DNA of 36,249 nucleotides from an uncultured Deferribacteres bacterium (GTDB lineage Bacteria; Zhuqueibacterota; Zhuqueibacteria; Zhuqueibacterales; Geothermadaptataceae): NCBI GenBank assembly GCA_964014485.1, contig CAXHAT010000070.1, positions 1 to 36,249 of the forward strand, read 5' to 3'. Shown piece by piece: positions 28,896 to 36,249 of this stretch (position 1 is its first letter; each line of letters starts with the position of its first letter). The notes under the pieces were generated by a model. It saw only the letters and a program-made list of their open reading frames with translations, ran no database searches and was not told where the DNA came from. The position numbers and the translations under genes were made by a program.

Positions 28896-29414
28896 GTGAA
28901 AAAAACGCCTGTGCTTTGGGTAGAAGATAGCGCGCGTTTCGAATTGGCGAATTTTATGGGGCCAATCTACGCTTCTCGCAAGTATGAACTGACGCTCGCT
29001 GAAGACGCCACCGCCGCCACGCGGTATCTTCACACCATCAAATTCGATGCTATTATCATGGATATTCGCATCCCGCCGGGTCGAGATCGACACTGGTCTG
29101 CCTTGTACCAGCGCGCCGGCTCGGATAAAACCACCGCACAACTGGGATTGGTTTTGCTTACTTGGCTGCTCCGCCATGACTATTTCAATAGCAACGGCTT
29201 GCTCAAGCCAATACCGGTGAAACCATCACAAGTGGGCGTATTTTCAGTGGAAGGCGAGCTCGAAATAGGGCGGCAGGTCAAAGACCTCGGCATTTCGGTA
29301 TTCCTGGAAAAACGCCCCGGCTTGCGTGATACGACGCTTCGTGAATTGATCGACACGGTTCTGGGGCAAGGCAAGATTTTACAAGGAGAAGGGAGCGTTG
29401 TCGATACCGTTTGA
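28896..29414 (+). CDS. Stand-alone response regulator receiver domain (GTG start)
   Basis: GGAGG RBS 28884-28888; VLWVED, IIMDIRIP (phospho-Asp), FSV, FLEK; no output domain. Confidence 0.82.
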   Translation: MKKTPVLWVEDSARFELANFMGPIYASRKYELTLAEDATAATRYLHTIKFDAIIMDIRIPPGRDRHWSALYQRAGSDKTTAQLGLVLLTWLLRHDYFNSNGLLKPIPVKPSQVGVFSVEGELEIGRQVKDLGISVFLEKRPGLRDTTLRELIDTVLGQGKILQGEGSVVDTV

Positions 29415-30549
29415 TGCTATTGTTTCATTTCTCATTTTTTTGATAGGCTTGCCGGCGATTTTGCTGCAAACGTTGCCTTCGGAAATACGAAAGGTCGTTC
29501 TCAAGCAGCATGGCCGGTTAATATTTTACACATTTATCCCTTTTGCCGTTGCCATCTCCGTGGTTTCCACAGGCATTGGGCTATCGATCTTTTCCACACA
29601 AATTGCATCCGCCTACCCGCAAATGAGCCAGTTGCTTACAATGATCACGGCGCATGACGGCAATTTACTTTGGACGATCGTTATCATCACTTTGCTGATG
29701 ATCGCCGGGGTGGCTGCCGCTTTTTTTATCAGAAAATTGGGGCGTGAGGCGGTTATCACGCAGCTCGCCGGTTCTGCGGCGAAAGGCGTTTCACGTCAAG
29801 GGCGTCCGATAGAATCCAAACTCAAAACGCTCATTCAACTGGGGAAACAAAGCCAATCAGGCCAGGATAAAGGGCTTGCTCTCGAGGCGCTGACGAGTCT
29901 TGCGGAGAAAACGCAGATACGCGACGATTATAATGGCGCCCAACTCGAAGACCTGATTATTGGCTTGGAAGAAGTTTTAATTTTGGGGCCTCACAAAGGC
30001 AGTCTGGAAAACTTCCACACGGCGGCCGATCTCCTTGCAGATATTATTATTTCCGCGAGTGATAAAAGCAATTCAGATGATCTCAAATTGGCTATCCAAA
30101 CGGTCAGTATGCTGGGACGCACTTCTCTTGGGTACGAGCCTTCCCATGTTCAAACAAAGTTTATCGACGCGCTCGCCCTGGCAAACCAGGTGCAAAAAGC
30201 TGCAGCTACCTGGATGAGTCAGGCCCTTTTCGAAATTGGCAGAGTGGCCGCGGAACATAACCAGATATTGGTTGCCATGGCCGCACTTTCCAGACTCGAA
30301 TCCCTGGCAATGCAGCACCAGCCTATTTCGGGTGAGTTGGCTGCTGATTTTATCGGTCTTCTGGCGCATTTTCGAATGCAGGGCGAAACCGCAAAATCCT
30401 ATGCGAAACCCATTCTCGATGATGCGCCGATGTTTTTTACACAACCTCTCCCCGAAGTGATTCGTGATGCTCAAGTCCACTGTCGGGAAACCGCAAATTT
30501 TAAAACTTCGGATCACCTCGCCGAGATGCTCAGAGAAATGACAAGCTGA
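29398..30549 (+). CDS. Hypothetical membrane protein: about 3 N-terminal TM helices plus an all-helical C-terminal region
   Basis: 383-aa ORF, TTG start after GGGAG, overlaps the receiver gene by 17 nt; three hydrophobic segments. Confidence 0.72.
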   Translation: MSIPFDAIVSFLIFLIGLPAILLQTLPSEIRKVVLKQHGRLIFYTFIPFAVAISVVSTGIGLSIFSTQIASAYPQMSQLLTMITAHDGNLLWTIVIITLLMIAGVAAAFFIRKLGREAVITQLAGSAAKGVSRQGRPIESKLKTLIQLGKQSQSGQDKGLALEALTSLAEKTQIRDDYNGAQLEDLIIGLEEVLILGPHKGSLENFHTAADLLADIIISASDKSNSDDLKLAIQTVSMLGRTSLGYEPSHVQTKFIDALALANQVQKAAATWMSQALFEIGRVAAEHNQILVAMAALSRLESLAMQHQPISGELAADFIGLLAHFRMQGETAKSYAKPILDDAPMFFTQPLPEVIRDAQVHCRETANFKTSDHLAEMLREMTS

Positions 30550-30702
30550 AGAGGAAAACCAAACCATCTAAGCGCACAGATTTTTCGCGACTGATACGCT
30601 GGAAGAACGCACCGACCAGTTGCTCGGAAACGAAAAGCTGATTTCGTCCAACAATGACGCTGCATCTGTATGATCGGAATGCGCCCCGGGAAGTCAAGGT
30701 TT

Positions 30703-31020
30703 TCAAATGCCGGAAATTATTAGATCGATAGCGGCGATGAAATCAGAACGATATTCGGAGAGTTTTGCAACTTCCTTTCCTAAATTGTTTCGTTTTATGC
30801 CGGCAAGTTGTGGAGTGAAAGCAATATACTTTTCATCGTCGATTTCAACAATCGGACAAAGTCTTGATATGACCGGGTTGTTCATTTGTGAAGATTTACA
30901 GAGAGGGATGACGACGGTTGTTCGCATGTCGCTTAATAGATCCGATTGAATATCAATCAGGTAAGGGTATATTTTTCTTGTGCTTACACTTTTGTTCTTA
31001 TAAACTGCAAATTGACTCAT
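30703..31020 (-). CDS. ccdB: CcdB-family toxin
   Basis: QFAVYKN, YLIDIQSDLL, VVIPL, AAIDLIISGI; TGATG coupling with ccdA. Confidence 0.92.
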   Translation of the reverse strand: MSQFAVYKNKSVSTRKIYPYLIDIQSDLLSDMRTTVVIPLCKSSQMNNPVISRLCPIVEIDDEKYIAFTPQLAGIKRNNLGKEVAKLSEYRSDFIAAIDLIISGI

Positions 31021-31265
31021 CAAAAGCTCCTGACGTCATCACTGAAAACGCCCTTTTCTTCGACAAAACTGTTATAAGCTTCTATGGCTTCTGCGTTTTC
31101 TTTTTGCCAAAGCTCACGTTGTTTTCGTTTTAGTTGCTCAACGAGCGCTTGTTCAAACGTTGCTGAAAGGTTTATCTTGAGAGTTCGGGCTTTGACTAAC
31201 AAATCGCTGTTTATGCTAAGATTTGTGGGTTTTTTAGGAGCTTTTGCGTCAAATAATTGATGCAT
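31020..31265 (-). CDS. ccdA: CcdA antitoxin (ATG 31265, 81 aa)
   Basis: KKPTNLSINSDLL, INLSA, WQKENAEAIEAYN, FSDDVRSF; AAGGA RBS. Confidence 0.92.
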   Translation of the reverse strand: MHQLFDAKAPKKPTNLSINSDLLVKARTLKINLSATFEQALVEQLKRKQRELWQKENAEAIEAYNSFVEEKGVFSDDVRSF

Positions 31266-31288
31266 TTTTACGTTCCTTTTTTTAGTGA

Positions 31289-31353
31289 GTGCGCATGCTT
31301 TGTGCGCATGATCGATGTCATTAAATGTATATGGGTGAGACTTGCATTGCAAG
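31289..31353 (-). promoter_or_regulatory. Putative ccdAB promoter/operator
   Basis: TTGCAA (31352-31347)-N17-TACATT (31329-31324); GTGCGCATG direct repeats at 31289-31297 and 31302-31310; CTTGCA-T-TGCAAG palindrome at 31341-31353. Confidence 0.55.
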
Positions 31354-31438
31354 CACTTTCCCTGCACTAAACTAAACGCTTTCATTAAAAATCAAGTCGC
31401 CTTTCAGCAAGCGACGAAACCTTGAGTGCGGAATTGTT

Positions 31439-32278
31439 ATGGCAAATTTTACCAAAACCTGGTGGGGAGAGCGATTTATCGAAGCGCTGGAAGAATTTAC
31501 TGATCCGGCGCGATTGGGGCGGGGAAGGTCTTATGCGCGGGGAGACCGCGTTCGCGATTTGAGTATGGATAGAGGGGAAATCAGTGCGAAAGTTCGCGGT
31601 AACGCAAATCCTTATTTCGGTGTTTACAAGGCGCCAACCTACAAAACGCACATCAAGATTACGCCCATTTCACAGACAAAATGGACGAAGTTGATCCGGG
31701 CGATTTCAGTTAACGCCAGCACGCTCACTCGGCTGCTGATGCACGAAATGCCCGACAACATCGAGCATATTTTTGAAAAACAAGGCTTGAACCTGTTGCC
31801 TCATGGCAGCGTCGATCTGGACACGAACTGCTCATGTCCCGATTGGGCAAATCCTTGCAAGCATATTGCCGGAGTCTACTATCTCGTCGCGGCGGAATTG
31901 GATCGCGACCCGTTCTTGATGTTTGAATTGCGGGGGCTTTCGAAGGCTGAGCTTCAGAGGGAGCTTGAAAAATCACCGCTGGGGCGCGCCTTGTCTTCGG
32001 AATTGCGAGATAGAGAAACCGAGGTGGAAAAATCAGATTCGTACTACACCCGTCCTGAAGAAGTAGAACTCGCCGACCCGGTTGATCTGAAAGCTTTTTG
32101 GCACGGAAAGAAACGCTTGCCCAAAACAATCGACGCAATTCAGGAAACGACCGTTCCGGCAATTCTAATCAGAAGGCTGGGAGATTATCCCGCATTTTGG
32201 GAAGGGGATGCGTCCTTCATAAACACAATGGAAGACTTTTATACTCGCGTCAGGAAAAAGAACAGAAAATTGTTGTAA
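31439..32278 (+). CDS. SWIM zinc-finger protein (YwqB/Rv2102-like SNF2 partner)
   Basis: TWWGERF, RLGRGRSYAR, CSCPDWANPCKH (CxCxnCxH), DRDPFLMFELRG. Confidence 0.92.
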   Translation: MANFTKTWWGERFIEALEEFTDPARLGRGRSYARGDRVRDLSMDRGEISAKVRGNANPYFGVYKAPTYKTHIKITPISQTKWTKLIRAISVNASTLTRLLMHEMPDNIEHIFEKQGLNLLPHGSVDLDTNCSCPDWANPCKHIAGVYYLVAAELDRDPFLMFELRGLSKAELQRELEKSPLGRALSSELRDRETEVEKSDSYYTRPEEVELADPVDLKAFWHGKKRLPKTIDAIQETTVPAILIRRLGDYPAFWEGDASFINTMEDFYTRVRKKNRKLL

Positions 32279-32558
32279 AACCAAGATTCCGCACTAAACA
32301 TCATCTAGTTTTGTCAACCTCGTTTTTCTGCGCAGCACTCGACGGCATTTTGCAAAAAAATCAAAAACGCCAGCGGCGCAGACGGCGATTCGCGTTGCCT
32401 TTCTCTCCTTCATGTCAAACGCCGGCAAGTTTCGATAAAGAGTCCTTTGTTAATAAAACAGCTTCTCAGAACGCCTCACGCAATCGACCCGAAGCGGATG
32501 TATGTATTAAGGCTATAGTTTTTGAGAAACGACCTCGATTTCAGCAGCCAGAGAATAC

Positions 32559-34277
32559 ATGCATCCAGGAAATACCGGCGCGCAATTATTTGAGAATCGA
32601 CGCTTTGCGTTCGTTGTACTTTTGGGCGTCCTTGCCGTAGCGGCGTTTTTGCGTTTTTACAATCTCGGCTTCCCCAGCGTTTGGATCGATGAGTTGAACC
32701 CGCTTTACGGCGCGCGCAGCTACATCGAATCCGGCGAAATGACCCTGCCTTCCGGCCAGCCGAACGAGCGCGCCTATGCCTACACCGTGCTCGTCGCCTG
32801 GACCTTTCAAATTTTTGGCGAATCGCCTTTTGCCCTGCGATTTCCCGGCGCATTGCTGGGCGTTTTTTGTGTACTGATCGCCTACTTTATGGCATCGCGA
32901 TTCTTTGGCAGGACGACGGCGATTTTGACCGCGCTATTCGTCGCGATTTCGCCGTTCGCCATTGGCTGGTCGCGTATTTCAAGATTTTACACGCTGTTTC
33001 AACTGCTTTTCATGGCTGGGATTTATCTCTTTTATCGCGGTTATGAAGCGAAAGAAAACGGCAGGCTTGCCGATCTGCAAAAAACGATTTTCGAAAAAAT
33101 CGGCCTGCGAAAACTGCTCGCTATTTTAGAAAAATGGCGGGTCAATCTCTTCTGGATTTTGTTCTCCATTCCCATTTTCCTTTTCTCATTTAAAATTCAG
33201 AGCCTGACCGCGCTTTTCGCCGCCGGGCTTGGCTTGTACGCGCTCATCATGTTCATCGTCGCCTGGAATGACGACGGGTTCGGTGCGGCGCTGCGATCAA
33301 AATACGCCTTCACGCTTTCGTTTTTTGTGCTGGGCGGAATCGTCGTTCTCTTTGCCGCCGATACGTTTTTGCAGTACGCGATGGGCTACAAGCCCAAGTG
33401 GGCGGACATGCCGAAATTTCAGAATAAATTTCTGTTTTTCGACTTTCTCTTCAATCACTACCAGTTTCCGATGGGCATACTTTTCGTGCTTGGCACATAC
33501 CGGGTTTTTGCCCAAAAACATAAGCCGGGGTTGTACGCGGCGGCCCTGTTCATTGCGCCGCTCATTCTCTTCGCGACCATCTTTTCCTACCGTCATTTTC
33601 AATATCTTTTCAACGTTTATTCGCTGTTCACCATGATCGCGGCGTTTGCGTTCGCGGGCTTTATCGAGCGGGAATTTGATACGATCAAATCGCGCTGGTT
33701 TTCGTCGGCGCGGTGGAACGCGACGGTCGTGCAATTCGTGATTTTAGGAATTTTTCTCGCGTGGCTCCCTTTCGCGCCTTCGGTGCGGTTGGCGCGGCGC
33801 ATCCCGTTCAGCGACGACGGCGCTTTCAACGGCGCGATGTACATGGAAGAATGGCGCGAAGCGGGCGAGCATTTGACCAAAAATGTACGCGACGGCGACC
33901 TGGTCATTTCTTCGGACGCGCTGGGCGTGATGTACTATTTCGGACGGGTCGATTATGACCTGAATTTCGCCGATTACGATCTCGCCAAAGCGGAAAATCT
34001 GATCGACGAGAACGGCGAATATTTCGACAATTACTCCGGCGCGCCGTTCGTGAAAAGTCTCGAGCATTTGCGGGAATTGATGGCGGCGAACGAGACGGTT
34101 TGGCTGGCGATTGGCGAGTACAAGCTCATGCGCGCCTCGGTTTTCACCCCGACGGAGATGAAGGCGCATATTCTCAAAAACTTTGAGCGTACCCTGCGAA
34201 CGCGTAACGGCACGGTGCTGGTTTACAAATTCCAAAAACCGCCGCCGAAAACGGTCGTGCTCGAAAAAGACATTTAA
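32559..34277 (+). CDS. GT-C fold membrane glycosyltransferase (ArnT/PMT-like)
   Basis: LRFYNLG..SVWIDE, ALRFP, SRISRFYTL; many TM helices; C-terminal soluble domain. Confidence 0.85.
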   Translation: MHPGNTGAQLFENRRFAFVVLLGVLAVAAFLRFYNLGFPSVWIDELNPLYGARSYIESGEMTLPSGQPNERAYAYTVLVAWTFQIFGESPFALRFPGALLGVFCVLIAYFMASRFFGRTTAILTALFVAISPFAIGWSRISRFYTLFQLLFMAGIYLFYRGYEAKENGRLADLQKTIFEKIGLRKLLAILEKWRVNLFWILFSIPIFLFSFKIQSLTALFAAGLGLYALIMFIVAWNDDGFGAALRSKYAFTLSFFVLGGIVVLFAADTFLQYAMGYKPKWADMPKFQNKFLFFDFLFNHYQFPMGILFVLGTYRVFAQKHKPGLYAAALFIAPLILFATIFSYRHFQYLFNVYSLFTMIAAFAFAGFIEREFDTIKSRWFSSARWNATVVQFVILGIFLAWLPFAPSVRLARRIPFSDDGAFNGAMYMEEWREAGEHLTKNVRDGDLVISSDALGVMYYFGRVDYDLNFADYDLAKAENLIDENGEYFDNYSGAPFVKSLEHLRELMAANETVWLAIGEYKLMRASVFTPTEMKAHILKNFERTLRTRNGTVLVYKFQKPPPKTVVLEKDI

Positions 34278-34288
34278 GATTGCACGAA

Positions 34289-34414
34289 TGGAGTCGTGGA
34301 ATATTGGATTGTTGGAGTATTGGATTCCAGAACTTCAACCCAGTAATCCATTATTCCAAGAATCCAAAATTCCATTATTCCAATAATCCATTACTCCACT
34401 ATTCCAACATTCCA
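34289..34414. repeat. Degenerate 8-bp tandem repeat arranged as two inverted arrays
   Basis: 5 TGGANNNN units (34289-34328), then 8 TCCANNNN units plus TCCA (34347-34414). Confidence 0.9.
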
Positions 34415-34423
34415 GAAAGAGAG

Positions 34424-36160
34424 ATGGCAAAAAGACGACACAAAAAGAATTTAAAACCGAAGATTTCTACGGAAAATTGGTCAACCGGCAAAGTGCTGGG
34501 CGTGATATTTTTGGTCGCGCTTGTTTTTAGACTCAGCCTGCTGGCGTTTCGCTTCGCCGTTGGGTTTGACGAAGTGAATTATCTCAAGCTCGGCGTGGCC
34601 GGACACCTGGACGGCCTGAGCAATGTTTTTCACACCTACTGGGCCCCGTTTTTTCCTTTTCTGATTTCGATTTTCAGCAAATTCATTTCTGATTATGAAC
34701 TCGCCGGGCGGCTTGTTTCCGTCGTCATGGGCTCGCTGCTGGTTTTTCCGGTGTATCACCTTGCGCGCATCGCCTACCCGAAACAGGTCGGCTGGATCGC
34801 CGCCGGGTTTGTCGCGATTTTTCCGCCGCTGGCGTTTCATTCCACGTTGGTTTTAACCGAATCGACCTACATGCTGCTTGCGGCGCTGGTTATTTTTACC
34901 GGCTGGAAAGTGCTGAAGCTTTACTCGATCAACGCCGCTTTACTCGCCGGACTTTTGGGCGGGCTGCTTTATTTGACCAAGCCGGAAGGCCTCGGGTTTT
35001 TGGGCGTACTGGCGGCTTTCGTCGTTCTCGGAACTGTTACCAAGCTCTATTTAATCAAGCCCTTACGCGCGGTTTATTTGTTGATCGCGATGAGCATTGG
35101 TTTTTTGGCCGTCGCCTCGCCGTACCTGATTTATTTGAAAAACGAAGTCGGGCACTGGACGATCAGCACCAAGGGAATCGCCAATTTGAAGCTCGACACG
35201 CCGGTTGACGGCGCGCTGCCTAAATTTCGTCTACTGAACGAGGACAATACCTCCGTGCCCATCGACGAAGTTTTTCACCTCGGCAATTTCGTGCAGGCAG
35301 GGCGCGAAGACGGCGCGATTGATGCCAAAGCCCCGAACTACGGCGCGCTGGTTTTCAAATACATCAAAAATTTCTACAAAATGTTGAGCGACGCGATTCC
35401 GTCGTTTCTGACGACCGTGCCGATGCTCCTGCTGGCCGTCGGATTGTTTGGGCGCGGCTGGGAAGTGCGGCAGGGCAAAACGGTTTTTTATCTACTCACG
35501 TTCATCGGCGCGTATTGGTTTTTCGTCATCCCGCTGTTCCACATTAATCCGCGCTATCTCATGCCATTCTGGCCGTTGCTGGCGATTTGGGTGGCGAACG
35601 GCGTGGTTGTCGTGCATGGCTGGCTGCAAAACTATCCTGAGCTTTTGCGGTTTTCGCTCAACCGCCAGCTCAAGCCCGCCTTTACCGCCGGAATCGCTTT
35701 GAGCGCTGCATTTGTCGTCTTTTCAATGCTGCCGGAAATGGGAAAAGTCGTTTCTCATAAAGCCGATTCAACCAATTATTACGCCGACGCAGTGGAGCAG
35801 AAAAAAGCCGGGCTTTGGCTAAAAGAAAACGGCGTCCAGCGCCCGATTATCATGAGCCGCAACCATACCGTCGACGTTTACGCGGGAAATTACGACGTGA
35901 AGCAGTCGGTCACGATTCCGTGGGACAGCCTGGAGCGCGTCATCGATTACGCCAAACACCGCAACGTCGATTACCTGGTTTTAAATGAGCGCTATCTAAA
36001 AGATTATCCGAATCTGAAGCCGCTCTTAGCCGAAGAAATGCAGCGCCCCGATCTGGAATTAATTTACAAAGATCAGGAAGCGCCGGGTTTGAAAACGGTG
36101 GTTTATGAGGTGAAGCACAAAAAGTACACGAATCGCGTGAAGGCGGGGAAAGATTATTGA
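34424..36160 (+). CDS. GT-C fold membrane glycosyltransferase (ArnT/PMT-like); ATG 34424
   Basis: GFDEVNYL, YWAPFFP, LTESTY, LTKPEG, PRYLMP; many TM helices. Confidence 0.85.
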   Translation: MAKRRHKKNLKPKISTENWSTGKVLGVIFLVALVFRLSLLAFRFAVGFDEVNYLKLGVAGHLDGLSNVFHTYWAPFFPFLISIFSKFISDYELAGRLVSVVMGSLLVFPVYHLARIAYPKQVGWIAAGFVAIFPPLAFHSTLVLTESTYMLLAALVIFTGWKVLKLYSINAALLAGLLGGLLYLTKPEGLGFLGVLAAFVVLGTVTKLYLIKPLRAVYLLIAMSIGFLAVASPYLIYLKNEVGHWTISTKGIANLKLDTPVDGALPKFRLLNEDNTSVPIDEVFHLGNFVQAGREDGAIDAKAPNYGALVFKYIKNFYKMLSDAIPSFLTTVPMLLLAVGLFGRGWEVRQGKTVFYLLTFIGAYWFFVIPLFHINPRYLMPFWPLLAIWVANGVVVVHGWLQNYPELLRFSLNRQLKPAFTAGIALSAAFVVFSMLPEMGKVVSHKADSTNYYADAVEQKKAGLWLKENGVQRPIIMSRNHTVDVYAGNYDVKQSVTIPWDSLERVIDYAKHRNVDYLVLNERYLKDYPNLKPLLAEEMQRPDLELIYKDQEAPGLKTVVYEVKHKKYTNRVKAGKDY

Positions 36161-36162
36161 GA

Positions 36163-36249
36163 TGGAATGATGGAGTGTTGGAGTGTTGGAATAATGGAAT
36201 AATGGAATAATGGAATAATGGAATAATGGAATAATGGAATAATGGAATA
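36163..36249 (+). repeat. 8-bp tandem repeat (TGGAATAA)n, truncated by window end
   Basis: TGGAATGA, 2x TGGAGTGT, 7x TGGAATAA plus a partial unit. Confidence 0.98.

Noticed and set aside
31266..31385. Cys-rich 40-aa N-terminal extension of CcdA
   Set aside because: It spans the promoter/operator; the RBS and family length support ATG 31265.
32098..32640. 180-aa ORF bridging the SWIM and GT-C genes
   Set aside because: It overlaps both neighbours, has low-complexity basic composition and shows no family motif.
34280..34423. 48-aa N-terminal extension of the last ORF in the track
   Set aside because: It is translation of the 8-bp repeat (recurring HYS); ATG 34424 after a purine-rich stretch is the plausible start.

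Overview
Bacterial genomic window that begins in a 7-bp tandem repeat and ends in an 8-bp tandem repeat, probably both contig breaks. Gene content (GWxTD protein, MacB-type permease, Tat-signal aminotransferase, GT-C glycosyltransferases) suggests an FCB-group organism such as KSB1/Calditrichota; this is inference only. Surface-glycan genes occupy both ends: GT2/GT4/SGNH at 218-6030 and two GT-C at 32559-36160. The middle holds an ABC permease, a secreted TPR protein with an embedded anthrax-lethal-factor/PPEP-like (M34) metallopeptidase domain, mmuM, an AlkD-like protein, an M14 peptidase, a PIN/RHH toxin-antitoxin pair and a dehydratase-aminotransferase-flavoprotein-GWxTD gene run. The most striking feature is a SNF2 helicase / SWIM zinc-finger pair, normally adjacent, split by about 4.5 kb. 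That interval encodes an atypical PAS histidine kinase, a stand-alone receiver, a membrane helical protein and ccdAB. Also present are a decayed TumE-like TA module and at least five sequence-distinct REP/REPIN-like palindromic elements. No rRNA, tRNA, CRISPR array, integrase or transposase was seen. All calls come from reading motifs by eye; no searches were run.
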